In this document: one piece after another, positions 10,333 through 20,346 of the stretch
How the letters are laid out: each line of letters opens with the position of its first letter
Numbering within the stretch: position 1 is the stretch's first letter
Notes under the pieces: model-generated
Database searches by the model: none
The model's input: only the letters and a program-made list of their open reading frames with translations
What the model was told of the DNA's origin: nothing
Assembly (NCBI GenBank): GCA_038045445.1
Contig: JBBSYC010000001.1
Location: 35,140 to 99,139, forward strand
Length of the DNA: 64,000 nucleotides
Direction: 5' to 3'
From: Nanobdellota archaeon
GTDB taxonomy: Archaea > Nanobdellota > Nanobdellia > Pacearchaeales > GW2011-AR1
Program-made: the position numbers and the translations under genes

Positions 10333-11772
10333 GTGTTTTCATTCAATGGGATTATGGCTGATTCGAAAGGTTTGAGTGTTAAAAAGAATGAGAACTTTTC
10401 AGAATGGTATACTGAATTAATTCAAAAGGCAGAATTGGCAGATTATGCTCCTACTAGGGGTTTTATGATTGTTAGGCCGAGAGCTTATGCTTTGTGGGAA
10501 GCTATTCAGAAAGAATTTAATATGGTTTTAAAACAAAAAGGAGTGCAAAATGCTTATTTTCCTTTGCTGATTCCCGATTCTTTCTTTAAAAAAGAGGCAG
10601 AACATGCACAGGGGTTTGCTCCCGAATTAGCTTATATTGAACAAAAAGATGAAGGTGTTCGTTTAGCAATAAGACCTACTTCAGAGACAATTATGTATGA
10701 CTCCTATTCTAAATGGATTAGATCTCATAGAGATTTGCCTCTAAAATTGAATCAATGGTGTAATGTTTTGAGATGGGAAGTTAAACAGACTAAACCCTTT
10801 GTTAGAACTCGTGAATTTTTATGGCAAGAGGGCCATTGCGCCTTTGTAACCGATATTGAAGCTGAAGATAATATGAAAGAAATGATGTCTTCTTATCAAG
10901 AGCTTGTTGAAGGAATGCTTGCTATTCCAGTTATTGTTGGTAAAAAATCTAAAATGGAAAGATTTGCAGGCGCAGTTACTACTTTAACTATTGAAGCATT
11001 AATGCCTGATGGTAAGGCTTTGCAAATGGGAACTTCCCATAACTTGGGGCAAAATTTTGCTAAATCATTTAATATTATGTTTAAAGATAAAAATGAAAAG
11101 GATCAGTATGTCTGGCAGACTTCTTGGGGATTTTCTACTCGTTTAATAGGGGCTATTGCAATGGTTCATGGAGATGATAAGGGTTTAGTTATTCCTCCTA
11201 AAATTGCTTTGAATAAAGCTGTTATTGTGCCAATTTTATTTGAAGATTCTAAAGAAAATGTTTTAGTTCACTCTCGTAGTTTAGTTACTAAACTTTCAGA
11301 ATTTGGAGCTATTTTAGATGACCGAGAAGGTTACTCTGCTGGTTGGAAATTTAGTGAGTGGGAAATGAAGGGAATCCCATTAAGAATTGAAGTTGGACCA
11401 AAAGATTTAGATAAAAAGCAAGTTGTAATTGTTCGCCGAGATAATAACCATAAGGAAGTAGTTGCTGAGAAAGATATTGTAAAAAAAATTCAAATAATTT
11501 TAGAGGATATTCAAAAAGAACTATATCTAAATGCTCGTAAATTTTTAGACGGTAGAATTGATAACGCTAGAGATATAAAACAGTTAAATAAAAAACTTGA
11601 TGAGGGAAAAATGGTCAAGGTTTTTATGGTTGATGATAAAAAAATAGAGGAAAAATTGAAGGAAGAAACAGGCGCTAATTCAAGAATTGTTGAAGAAGAA
11701 AGTGCCGAAGGTGAATGTATTATCAGTGGTCAGAAAACAAAAACTGTAGCTTATGTGGCTAGGAATTATTAG
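10333..11772 (+). CDS. proS: prolyl-tRNA synthetase (archaeal/eukaryal type)
   Basis: Class II motifs and typical ProRS N-terminus (FSEWYTELIQKAELADYAPTRGFMIVRP). True start may be the internal ATG near 10354. Confidence 0.9.
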   Translation: MFSFNGIMADSKGLSVKKNENFSEWYTELIQKAELADYAPTRGFMIVRPRAYALWEAIQKEFNMVLKQKGVQNAYFPLLIPDSFFKKEAEHAQGFAPELAYIEQKDEGVRLAIRPTSETIMYDSYSKWIRSHRDLPLKLNQWCNVLRWEVKQTKPFVRTREFLWQEGHCAFVTDIEAEDNMKEMMSSYQELVEGMLAIPVIVGKKSKMERFAGAVTTLTIEALMPDGKALQMGTSHNLGQNFAKSFNIMFKDKNEKDQYVWQTSWGFSTRLIGAIAMVHGDDKGLVIPPKIALNKAVIVPILFEDSKENVLVHSRSLVTKLSEFGAILDDREGYSAGWKFSEWEMKGIPLRIEVGPKDLDKKQVVIVRRDNNHKEVVAEKDIVKKIQIILEDIQKELYLNARKFLDGRIDNARDIKQLNKKLDEGKMVKVFMVDDKKIEEKLKEETGANSRIVEEESAEGECIISGQKTKTVAYVARNY

Positions 11773-11808
11773 TGAGATTATAGTTATTATTAAATAGGCT
11801 TATTTTAT

Positions 11809-12411
11809 TTGAATTTTATGGATGATAAAGTTGCTTTGTTTGATATGGATGGGACTATTGCTGATTATACATTACAAATGCGTAGAGACTTAGCTAGATT
11901 GGGTTCTGAGCAAATTCCTGAAAGATTGCACGGGGAAGAAATTCCTGATTGGTTAGAAGCTAGAAAAAATATTGTCAGCTCTCAAATTGGATGGTGGAGG
12001 AATTTACCCGTTATTTCTAGTGGTATTGAAATTTTAACTCTTTGTAAAGAGATTGGATTTGGGATTCATATTCTGACACAAGGTCCAAGAAGTAAGCCAT
12101 CTGCATGGGGAGAAAAACTTCAATGGTGTGAAGATAAAGTTCTTCCAATTGACCCCAATTATGGAATAACTGTGACTAGAAATGGGAAAGGTTTACATTA
12201 TGGAAGAGTTTTAGTTGATGATTGGCCCCCATTTATGGAAGCCTGGCTTAAACACCGTCCTCGCGGTTTAGGGTTAATGCCTGTTAGTCCTGAAAACGAA
12301 GGTTTTTCTCACCATCAAGTTATTCGTTATAATCCTGAAAATTGGAGAACTTCACAATTAGAACATAGTTTAATGAGAGTCTATAATCGTAATCCAAGAG
12401 AATCTGTTTAA
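11809..12411 (+). CDS. HAD-superfamily 5'(3')-deoxyribonucleotidase-like protein
   Basis: FDMDGTIADY HAD motif I; size and layout resemble the NT5C family. Confidence 0.5.
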   Translation: MNFMDDKVALFDMDGTIADYTLQMRRDLARLGSEQIPERLHGEEIPDWLEARKNIVSSQIGWWRNLPVISSGIEILTLCKEIGFGIHILTQGPRSKPSAWGEKLQWCEDKVLPIDPNYGITVTRNGKGLHYGRVLVDDWPPFMEAWLKHRPRGLGLMPVSPENEGFSHHQVIRYNPENWRTSQLEHSLMRVYNRNPRESV

Positions 12412-12447
12412 TGATAGTTTTTTATATCTTATTTTATCTAGATAAAT

Positions 12448-13719
12448 ATGGCTGAATTGGATTTCAATTATGGAGATAGAGTAAAGATTAGACTTGCAAG
12501 AAATGAAATTGAAGGAATTGTTCTTGAAAGTTATGATAAAGATGTTATCCTTTTGAAGCTGGCTTCTGGATATAATATTGGAATACCTAAGGAAAATATT
12601 CTTGATTTTCTGGTTATTGAAAAATTTAAGGAGAATACTAAAAAAGATGAGATTGTTTTCAAGAATAAGGATAAACCTTCGATTGGACTTGTGATAACTG
12701 GAGGAACTATTGCCGCTAAACTTGATTCACGCACTGGAGGAGTATCTTGGTTGACTAATGTTAATGAATTTTCTAGATTTTATCCAAATATTTTTGAGAA
12801 AGCAAATGTAAAAAAAATATCTGTTCCTTTTATGACTTCTTCTGAAAATATGAATCATGAACATTGGATAACTATTGCTGAACATGTTAAACAGATGCTT
12901 GATGATCCTGAAATTAAAGGAGTTATAGTTACTCACGGGACAGATACTTTGCATTATACTTCTTCTGCTCTTAGTTTTTTTCTCAAGGATTTGAAAAAGC
13001 CTGTTGTTCTCACTTTTTCTCAAAGAAGTATTGACAGGGCTTCTTCTGACGCTGAACTTAATTTGGATTGTGCGGTTCAGATGGCTTTATCTAATTGTGC
13101 AGAAGTTATGATAGTGGGGCATGCTACTCAAAATGATGATTATTGCTTTGCCTTGCGTGGAACAAAGGTGCGCAAATTTCACACATCTAGAAGAGACACT
13201 TTTAAATCAGTTAATTGTGAACCAATTGCCAAAGTCTGGCCGAATAAAATAGAGTTTTTATCAAGTTATAATGCTCGTTCAGATGGATTGAGTAAGTTAG
13301 ATTCAGAATTCTCTGAAAAAGTTGGATTGGTATATTATTATCCAGGGCAGGACCCTTCAATTTTAGATTATTATTTAGTTCAAGGTTATAAAGGAATTGT
13401 TATTGTCGCCACTGGTTTTGGGCATGTTGCTACGGGAGATGTTGAGCATTCTTGGATTCCGACTTTAAAGAGGCTGATAAAACAAGGAGTTGCGGTTTGT
13501 TTTGCTCCTCAGACAATTTATGGGAGGCTGAATCCCAAGGTTTATTCTCCTGGAAGAGAACTTGAGAGTCTTGGAGTGATTTATTTGGAAGATATTCTGC
13601 CAGAGACTGCTTTCGTGAAACTTGGATATGTTTTAGGCCATAAACAGTGGAAGGGTCTTGTTCGTGAGAAGATGCTTGAGAATATTGCCGGAGAGTTTAA
13701 TCCTCTGCTGACAGAGTAG
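12448..13719 (+). CDS. gatD: Glu-tRNA(Gln) amidotransferase subunit D (asparaginase-like)
   Basis: N-terminal GatD-specific domain followed by an asparaginase fold (GLVITGGTIAAK, THGTDTLHYTSSALSF). Confidence 0.85.
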   Translation: MAELDFNYGDRVKIRLARNEIEGIVLESYDKDVILLKLASGYNIGIPKENILDFLVIEKFKENTKKDEIVFKNKDKPSIGLVITGGTIAAKLDSRTGGVSWLTNVNEFSRFYPNIFEKANVKKISVPFMTSSENMNHEHWITIAEHVKQMLDDPEIKGVIVTHGTDTLHYTSSALSFFLKDLKKPVVLTFSQRSIDRASSDAELNLDCAVQMALSNCAEVMIVGHATQNDDYCFALRGTKVRKFHTSRRDTFKSVNCEPIAKVWPNKIEFLSSYNARSDGLSKLDSEFSEKVGLVYYYPGQDPSILDYYLVQGYKGIVIVATGFGHVATGDVEHSWIPTLKRLIKQGVAVCFAPQTIYGRLNPKVYSPGRELESLGVIYLEDILPETAFVKLGYVLGHKQWKGLVREKMLENIAGEFNPLLTE

Positions 13720-13780
13720 TTGTAACTATAGGATGGTTACAGATAGAAAGGTTTAAAAGGGTAGTTTATGCATTTTTATT

Positions 13781-14692
13781 ATGGATGAACCACAAAAGAA
13801 GAAGGAACGTGCTGTAAAATGTGATGGTAGATTTGGATCTATTAGAGAGTTTCTTCATAGCGAAGCAGTTCCAATAGTATTAGAAGATAAACCTATGTTT
13901 TCTTGGAGAGATTTGCAAGATTTATGGAGTCTTATTTATCCAGAAATTTTGGCATATGAAGACTTTAGGGATCCGTACTTTGAGAATAGTAGAGATCCTT
14001 TACGCAGAACTCCTCCTGAATCTGGCTTAGCACTACTTCCTCTTTTTGATATAGCTATACGTCCTGATTTAGATGTAATGATTCGTTACGGGAATGCAAT
14101 GGGTTGTGATCCCAGGGTCTCAGGAAGACTATTTTACATGGGTATGAGATTGTCTAATGTTTTCAACGATTTATTCGGTAGAGGCTCTAAAGATATAAAA
14201 TTACCTAGTGGTGCGGATCTTAGGGGGTATAGTGTAGCCTCTAATTTTGGTATTGGTTCAATATCTCATGGAGGTACTAAAGGTGGAGGTGTTAGATCAG
14301 ATTCTCCTTTTCTTTTAGAAGTATATCAAGATTCTAGAGAAGGAGATACTCGTGGTGAAAGAAATCTAGCGGGAGTCATAGGTTTCTGGCCACAGGATAA
14401 TAATCTGCTGGTCTCTCAAATGCAGTCTTGTAGGAATGCTCAATATCCCGAGGGGGAAAAATTTGGAGTAGTCTCTCTTCGTATTGCAGAAGCATTTGCC
14501 AAACTTGCCGGATTTGATAATGTTTTGGCTTATTCTGCAAGAAACCATCCTCAATTTTTAGCTCACCCTGACAGTTTAGGGCAATTAGAGCAAACATTCA
14601 AATGTATGTGGGACTCCTCTGCACACAAATTAGATTATACAGGATCTAGCACTCAAAATTATTCAAAAAATGTTAAAAATGGAAGCAAGTAA
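13781..14692 (+). CDS. hypothetical protein inserted between gatD and gatE
   Basis: 303-aa ORF with no recognisable motifs. Locally GC-richer than neighbours by eye. Confidence 0.4.
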   Translation: MDEPQKKKERAVKCDGRFGSIREFLHSEAVPIVLEDKPMFSWRDLQDLWSLIYPEILAYEDFRDPYFENSRDPLRRTPPESGLALLPLFDIAIRPDLDVMIRYGNAMGCDPRVSGRLFYMGMRLSNVFNDLFGRGSKDIKLPSGADLRGYSVASNFGIGSISHGGTKGGGVRSDSPFLLEVYQDSREGDTRGERNLAGVIGFWPQDNNLLVSQMQSCRNAQYPEGEKFGVVSLRIAEAFAKLAGFDNVLAYSARNHPQFLAHPDSLGQLEQTFKCMWDSSAHKLDYTGSSTQNYSKNVKNGSK

Positions 14693-14723
14693 TCTTTAAT
14701 AACACCTTTAATTTTCTTTAGAT

Positions 14724-16172
14724 ATGCATGATTGCGCTAAGATTGGCTTCAAGGCTGGACTTGAAATACACCAACAAATTGATTCTCCTAAACTGTTTTC
14801 TGGAGCTCCATCTTTTTTGAGAAGCGACGAACCAGATTATACTATTTCTCGCAAGCTTCATGCTGTTGCAGGAGAAAGCGGGAAGATTGATACTGCAGTA
14901 GGTTATGAATCTGGTTTGGATAAAACATTTTTTTACGAGGGTTACAAAGATACTGTTTCACTTGTGGAGTTAGATGAAGAACCTGCTCATGCTGTCAATG
15001 ACGAAGCACTTAATACCGCTTTGACTGTTGCATTGCTTCTTAATTGCGAGATTTATCCAGTGACTCAAGTTATGCGTAAGACTGTAATTGATGGTTCAAA
15101 TACTTCTGGATTTCAAAGAACTGTTTTAATTGCTCATGATGGGAATATTGAAACTTCTTATGGCAATGTGAGTGTTGCTTCTGTTTGTCTTGAGGAAGAT
15201 TCTGCTCGCGTTATAACTCGCGATAAAAATAAAACTGTTTATCGCCTTGATAGATTGGGAATACCTCTTGTTGAAATTGCTACTTATCCTGATTTACACA
15301 ATTCGGAACAAGTTAAAGAATGTGCTCTTAAGATTGGAGAGATTTTGAGAGCTTGTAAAGTTAAAAGGGGAATTGGAACAATTAGACAAGATGTTAATAT
15401 CTCCATCTCTGGACACGATAGGGTTGAAATAAAAGGATTTCAAGATCCGAAGATGATGATTAAGACCATTGATGTTGAAATAGATAGACAACTGGAAAAT
15501 ATTAAGAATAAAAAATCTATTGGAGATGTTAGAAATGCTTTACCAGATGGTAAAAGTGAATTTCTAAGGCCAATGCCTGGAGCAGATAGGATGTATCCTG
15601 AGACTGACTTGGCTTTATTACGCATTGGAAGAGCTAGAATAGATTTTTTAAAGAAGAACTTGCCCAAACTAAAAACAGAATTGCGTGATGAATTGCGCAA
15701 GAAAGGAGTTAGTGAAGATTTAATTGAGTTAGTTCTTGATTCACAAGATACTTTTGGAGAGTTTGAAACCTTGACAAGAGTTTATCCTGCAGATGCGAAT
15801 CTTGTTGCTAAAATGATTACTTTATGGAGGCAAGAGTTTGCTTCTAAGAATAAAGTAGATTTTGAAAGAGTTAGAAGTGTTTTGAATGAAAGAGTTTATG
15901 AAAAAGTTTTAAGTGCGATTGCAGACTCTAAGCTAGCAATTTCTGATGTAAAATCTGTTCTTGCCAAGGTTATTAGTGGAATTGGTATAGGGGAAGCGCT
16001 TATATTTGATAAAGTGAGTGATGATGATATTGAAAAAGAAATTAGAGATTTAATAAAAGAAAAACCTGGAATGAGAGCTAATGCTTATATGGGAATGTTG
16101 ATGGCTAAGTTTAAGGGAAAGTTAGATGCCAAGAAGGCAATGGAGTTGATTGAGAGAGTTTTGAGAGATTAG
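14724..16172 (+). CDS. gatE: Glu-tRNA(Gln) amidotransferase subunit E
   Basis: GatB/E-family N-terminus GLEIHQQI, LVELDEEPAH, GIPLVEIATYPD, GTIRQDVNISI. Lacks the GatB Cys cluster. Adjacent to gatD. Shorter (482 aa) than typical GatE. Confidence 0.75.
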   Translation: MHDCAKIGFKAGLEIHQQIDSPKLFSGAPSFLRSDEPDYTISRKLHAVAGESGKIDTAVGYESGLDKTFFYEGYKDTVSLVELDEEPAHAVNDEALNTALTVALLLNCEIYPVTQVMRKTVIDGSNTSGFQRTVLIAHDGNIETSYGNVSVASVCLEEDSARVITRDKNKTVYRLDRLGIPLVEIATYPDLHNSEQVKECALKIGEILRACKVKRGIGTIRQDVNISISGHDRVEIKGFQDPKMMIKTIDVEIDRQLENIKNKKSIGDVRNALPDGKSEFLRPMPGADRMYPETDLALLRIGRARIDFLKKNLPKLKTELRDELRKKGVSEDLIELVLDSQDTFGEFETLTRVYPADANLVAKMITLWRQEFASKNKVDFERVRSVLNERVYEKVLSAIADSKLAISDVKSVLAKVISGIGIGEALIFDKVSDDDIEKEIRDLIKEKPGMRANAYMGMLMAKFKGKLDAKKAMELIERVLRD

Positions 16173-16261
16173 GTTTAGGTATTGGAATAATATCCTCTTT
16201 AGGGATGCTTGATTAATTTATTATAGATTAATTTTTAAAGAGGGTTTTAGTTGGTTTTAAT

Positions 16262-17317
16262 ATGGGCTCCATTATACAATCTGTAGGCACTTATTCTCCT
16301 GAAAGAATTTTGACTAATCAAGATTTAGAGAGAATTCTTGCTCTTAGTGGACAGGAAACAAGTGATTCTTGGATTATTGAAAGAACTGGAATTCATAGAA
16401 GAAGAGTAGCTTCTATTAGCGAAACTGTTGAAACAATGGCTCTAAGTGCTAGTTTAGATGCTGTTAAAAGACTTAGACAAAGTTCTCTCCCTATTCAACA
16501 CATTATTGTTGCTACAAATACTCATGAAAATAATTTCCCTAATGTTGCTGGTTATGTTGCAGAGGGTATAGTTGACTCTTATCCTCATTTAATTGAGAGA
16601 AGTGCTTCTGGAACTGATTTAAGTGCTGGTTGTGGGGGAGTTAATTTTGCTTTAATGTATGCAGATTCTTTGATAAAATCAAGAAAATTTGATAGTGTTT
16701 TAGTTTTAGGGACAGAGCATCTTTCAGATGTTACAGATTATAGAGATAGGACTACTTGTGTTTTATTTGGAGATGGAGCTTCAGCTTATGTTTTATGTCG
16801 TGGAGAAACATCTGGATTTTTAGGTGATTTTCCTAAAGGAGAAAGTTCTGGGCGTAGTCTTATTTATTGTGAGAATGATCAGGAAAAAGTTACTCTACAA
16901 GAGGCTTTATCTGCTTTAAAAGATGGGAGAAAACCATCTATTTCAAGAGGAAAAGTATTGAGGATGAATGGTAAAAAGGTTTTTAGATATGTGACTGAAT
17001 GTTGGAGGGATTTGCTTGAACATTTTTATGAACCGAGACTAAATCCTGATGGAATTGATTTTGGAGATGTTGGATGGATTGCCCCCCACTTGGCTAATCT
17101 TAGATGTCTCGAAAACGCGGGAAATGATATTCCTGGATTTTTGGATAAATGTGGTTTGATAGGAGAAGATTTGCTTGAATTTTGTAATACTTCTACTGCA
17201 TCTCAGGGGAGAAGAGTCAAACAATTTTTTGAAAACGCAAAACAAGGGGAGTATTTATTAATGCATGGTTATGGGGCAGGGCTTCAATCTTGCGCTAACT
17301 TATATCAGCAACCTTAA
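16262..17317 (+). CDS. 3-oxoacyl-ACP synthase III (FabH/KAS III)-like condensing enzyme
   Basis: TYSPERILTNQDLERI, WIIERTGIHRR, active-site Cys in DLSAGCGGVNFAL, FGDGASAYVL, APHLANLR (His) and CNTSTAS (Asn). Cys-His-Asn triad of FabH-type enzymes is intact. Confidence 0.75.
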   Translation: MGSIIQSVGTYSPERILTNQDLERILALSGQETSDSWIIERTGIHRRRVASISETVETMALSASLDAVKRLRQSSLPIQHIIVATNTHENNFPNVAGYVAEGIVDSYPHLIERSASGTDLSAGCGGVNFALMYADSLIKSRKFDSVLVLGTEHLSDVTDYRDRTTCVLFGDGASAYVLCRGETSGFLGDFPKGESSGRSLIYCENDQEKVTLQEALSALKDGRKPSISRGKVLRMNGKKVFRYVTECWRDLLEHFYEPRLNPDGIDFGDVGWIAPHLANLRCLENAGNDIPGFLDKCGLIGEDLLEFCNTSTASQGRRVKQFFENAKQGEYLLMHGYGAGLQSCANLYQQP

Positions 17318-17347
17318 GTCCATAATGCTTAAAAAAGGGGTTTCTTA

Positions 17348-18670
17348 ATGTTTGATATGGATTATTGGAAACTGCTTTCTGAAAGAAAGATGATTAATAC
17401 ACTAGAATCTAAAGAATCTAAGAATGTTGTTATTGCTGGATGGGTTTATGATCAGCGTGACTTGGGAAAGATTAGATTTCTTGTTTTGAGAGATTTTTCT
17501 GGAGAGATACAAGTAATTGCTCATAAAGATAAAGCTCCTAAGGAAGTTTTTGACTTAATGCAGAAAGCTTCTCGTGAAAGTGTGGTTCTTATTTCAGGGA
17601 AAATTCAAAAGAGTGAAAAAGCTTCTGGTGGAAGAGAGCTTGTTGCTGAACATTTTGAAATTCTTTCCGAGGCTGAACATCCCTTACCTATTGATGTATC
17701 TGACTTTTCAAAAACAGAATTGCCTAAGAGGCTTGATTATAGGTATGTTGATTTTCATAGAAGGAGAACACAAGCAATCTTCAAGATACAGAGCACCATT
17801 TCTACAGCATTCAAGGATTTTTTTGTTTCTAAGAGCTTTATCGAAATGCAACCTCCTTGTTTGATAGGTGTTGCTTCTGAAGGTGGAGCAGATGTTTTCA
17901 AAGTAAAATATTTTGAAAAGGAAGCTTGTCTTGCTCAAAGCCCCCAATTGTATAAGGAAATGGTTGCTTGTTCCATGGAAAAAACTTTTATGATTACACC
18001 TGTTTGGAGAGCTGAAAAACATAATACGGTCAGACATATAAATGAGATTCGCCAGATGGATATTGAATGTTCTTTCATGAGTCAGATGGATGTCATGAAG
18101 TTAGAAGAAGAATGTGTTAAGCATGTTGTTTCTGAAGTTATAAAGAAAAATAAAGCTGAAGTTGAACTTTTGGGTTTGAAATTAAAAGTGCCTACTGCTA
18201 AATATATTTCTTATGATGAAACTATTTCATTGTTAAAGAAGAATGGAATCAAAATTTCTATTGGAGATGATTTGAATCCTGAAGCTGAAAAGAAACTTGG
18301 GGAGTTATTTCCAGATACTTTGGTTTTTGTTCATTCGTGGCCTTCTTCGCTTAAACCATTTTATATTATGCCTAAAGGAGGGGATGCGAATTCTGATTAT
18401 TCGGAAGGTTTTGATTGTATATATAATGGTCTTGAGATAACATCTGGAGGGCAGAGAATTCATACGCCTGATTTGTTATTGAAAAGAATAAAACATAAAG
18501 GTATGAAAATAGATGGTTTAATGGATTACGTTAATTCCTTTAGATATGGTGCTGCTCCACACTCTGGATGGTCTATAGGTCTTGAAAGATTAACTATGCT
18601 TTTGTGTGAACTTGATAATGTCAGGGAAGCAACGATGTTCCCCAGAGATAGAGATAGACTTACGCCTTAA
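17348..18670 (+). CDS. aspS: aspartyl-tRNA synthetase (archaeal type, probably non-discriminating)
   Basis: OB-fold N-terminus, class II motifs (FRAE..HNTVRH, GGQRIH, GLERL). Confidence 0.9.
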   Translation: MFDMDYWKLLSERKMINTLESKESKNVVIAGWVYDQRDLGKIRFLVLRDFSGEIQVIAHKDKAPKEVFDLMQKASRESVVLISGKIQKSEKASGGRELVAEHFEILSEAEHPLPIDVSDFSKTELPKRLDYRYVDFHRRRTQAIFKIQSTISTAFKDFFVSKSFIEMQPPCLIGVASEGGADVFKVKYFEKEACLAQSPQLYKEMVACSMEKTFMITPVWRAEKHNTVRHINEIRQMDIECSFMSQMDVMKLEEECVKHVVSEVIKKNKAEVELLGLKLKVPTAKYISYDETISLLKKNGIKISIGDDLNPEAEKKLGELFPDTLVFVHSWPSSLKPFYIMPKGGDANSDYSEGFDCIYNGLEITSGGQRIHTPDLLLKRIKHKGMKIDGLMDYVNSFRYGAAPHSGWSIGLERLTMLLCELDNVREATMFPRDRDRLTP

Positions 18671-18700
18671 ATTTATAAACTGTTTTTAACTCTTGATATT

Positions 18701-19201
18701 ATGAGTCGACAGTTTTTTTCAAAAAACTTTTTTGTTTATTCTGCTTTGGCTTTATTAGGTATCATGTTTTTTGCAGGATATCTTAACTTTTCGTTTAAGG
18801 AAGATTTGTTTTTTGAACCTCCAATATATGAAGATTCTGTTTTAGACTGCAATGGATGTGTTTATGGAGTCAAATCTGAATCGGAGGTTTTTGATGGAAT
18901 TGGTTCTGAAGTCAAGGCAAAGGCGGATGCATTAATTAAATGTGAAATTGCAAAGTTATCTGTCAAGTCTTCGGATGGTTGCGAAAGATTAGATGGCACT
19001 ATTTCTGAACCTTGCATGTTAGATTATTGTATAAATTATGCTGAAGCAGATTCTTATGGTTTTGCAGATGTTTGCGTTGATAGGTATGGTCAAGATGGAA
19101 ATTATGTTAAAACTTTATGCAGAAAAGATAGAGATGTTAGTATATCTCCAGGATGGCGTTGTTATGCTGGTAATGTAATTGCTAGTCAAGATTCTTGTTG
19201 A
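18701..19201 (+). CDS. secreted/membrane-anchored Cys-rich hypothetical protein
   Basis: N-terminal hydrophobic helix followed by a 130-aa region with 12 Cys. Confidence 0.35.
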   Translation: MSRQFFSKNFFVYSALALLGIMFFAGYLNFSFKEDLFFEPPIYEDSVLDCNGCVYGVKSESEVFDGIGSEVKAKADALIKCEIAKLSVKSSDGCERLDGTISEPCMLDYCINYAEADSYGFADVCVDRYGQDGNYVKTLCRKDRDVSISPGWRCYAGNVIASQDSC

Positions 19202-19224
19202 TCAATGCATATTTTACATACATA

Positions 19225-19272
19225 GTCCACTCGAGAGATGAATTGTCCACTCAAAATAGGGTTTTGTCCACT
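19225..19272 (+). repeat. three direct GTCCACT iterons spaced 20-21 bp apart (left boundary of island)
   Basis: GTCCACT at 19225-19231, 19245-19251 and 19266-19272. Confidence 0.7.
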
Positions 19273-19314
19273 GAGTACATAAATGTTTAAGTAAACAAAA
19301 TTTGTCTCAGTTTT

Positions 19315-19644
19315 ATGGTAGACAATATGTTAAACATCGGAAGTCCAATAAAAGAGTTTATAGAACAAACTAAGAATCAAGCTTTAGCTGGACTCGGAGA
19401 CTGGGAGTTTAAAGCTCCTATTGAATTAGAACTCAATGCTATTGTTTCTGGAAAAGTTGGCGGAGGAATTGACATCAAAGTCATTAATTTTGGAGCTAAA
19501 GTTGAGGCCGAACAACAGCAGAAAATTAAGATATCTATAGGTCCAAAAGACGAAGCAGAACAAGAAGAAAAGAAAGCAAGAGTGGCAGTAGCAAAGAAGA
19601 TACAATGGAATCCTAGCCACGGAATACCTAACGCTAATAAGTAA
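19315..19644 (+). CDS. hypothetical protein (island cargo)
   Basis: ORF track; Lys/Glu-rich C-terminus; no motif recognised. Confidence 0.3.
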   Translation: MVDNMLNIGSPIKEFIEQTKNQALAGLGDWEFKAPIELELNAIVSGKVGGGIDIKVINFGAKVEAEQQQKIKISIGPKDEAEQEEKKARVAVAKKIQWNPSHGIPNANK

Positions 19645-19714
19645 AATTCTATTTATGTGCAAAGCCTGTTGTCTTAAAAGAAAGAATTTTAAACACCAAT
19701 ATTCTCGATTTTAG

Positions 19715-20023
19715 ATGGAAAGACCATTAACAGCTCAAGAAAAAAGAATGACTCAGAATGTAGGTGGAGCTATTTTCATATTTGCAGGAATTTATCTTTT
19801 CATCAAAGGTCAAATGGACGGATTATCCTTAGGAGTTCTTTTGATAATGGGTTTTGGAATCAGCCAAGATGCTAGAAATATTGGCTTATTTGCTTTGAAG
19901 TATATTTTTGCAAAAGTTACAAGGTCCCAAGTTCCAACTTATGACTTGTCAAAAGGTAAGATAACTCAGACATCTGGAAGAGATTCTATAGTTAATCATG
20001 GAACTATAATATATCATAAATAA
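19715..20023 (+). CDS. small membrane protein (2 TM)
   Basis: Hydrophobic helices AIFIFAGIYLFI and LSLGVLLIMGFGI. Confidence 0.3.
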   Translation: MERPLTAQEKRMTQNVGGAIFIFAGIYLFIKGQMDGLSLGVLLIMGFGISQDARNIGLFALKYIFAKVTRSQVPTYDLSKGKITQTSGRDSIVNHGTIIYHK

Positions 20024-20183
20024 TTATTATTAAGTTCAATAATGTTTATAAACAAGAGATGTATAATTATATCATGATGAGTGTTGATTTTAATTCTAGT
20101 TGTTTTCGTCGCTTATATGATAATTCTTCTCTATGGTTAGGTTTAAAAACTGAAAGGTTGCTGTCATTATAGGATTAAGACAC

Positions 20184-20342
20184 ATGACCAACAAAAAACC
20201 GAATAAAATACAAAAATTAAGAAATAAGCTTAGAGAGCAAGGCAAAGTTATAGAAATGCTCTCTAACAAGAAAGCTGTAAAAGGCCTAATTTCAGCATTG
20301 GATGATGTTAAGAATGGTGACTACATTATTCTAACAAACTAA
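20184..20342 (+). CDS. small hypothetical protein (52 aa), possibly antitoxin-like
   Basis: Hand-translated MTNKKPNKIQKLRNKLREQGKVIEMLSNKKAVKGLISALDDVKNGDYIILTN. Not in the track (under 60 aa). Converges on the RelE-like gene. Confidence 0.25.
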   Translation: MTNKKPNKIQKLRNKLREQGKVIEMLSNKKAVKGLISALDDVKNGDYIILTN

Positions 20343-20346
20343 ATTT

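Noticed and set aside
16262-17317. Archaeal HMG-CoA synthase assignment for the thiolase-fold protein
   Set aside because: Motifs match FabH (WIxxRTGIxxR, PHxANxR, C-H-N triad spacing) and not the HMGCS pattern. Phylogenetic confirmation is still required.
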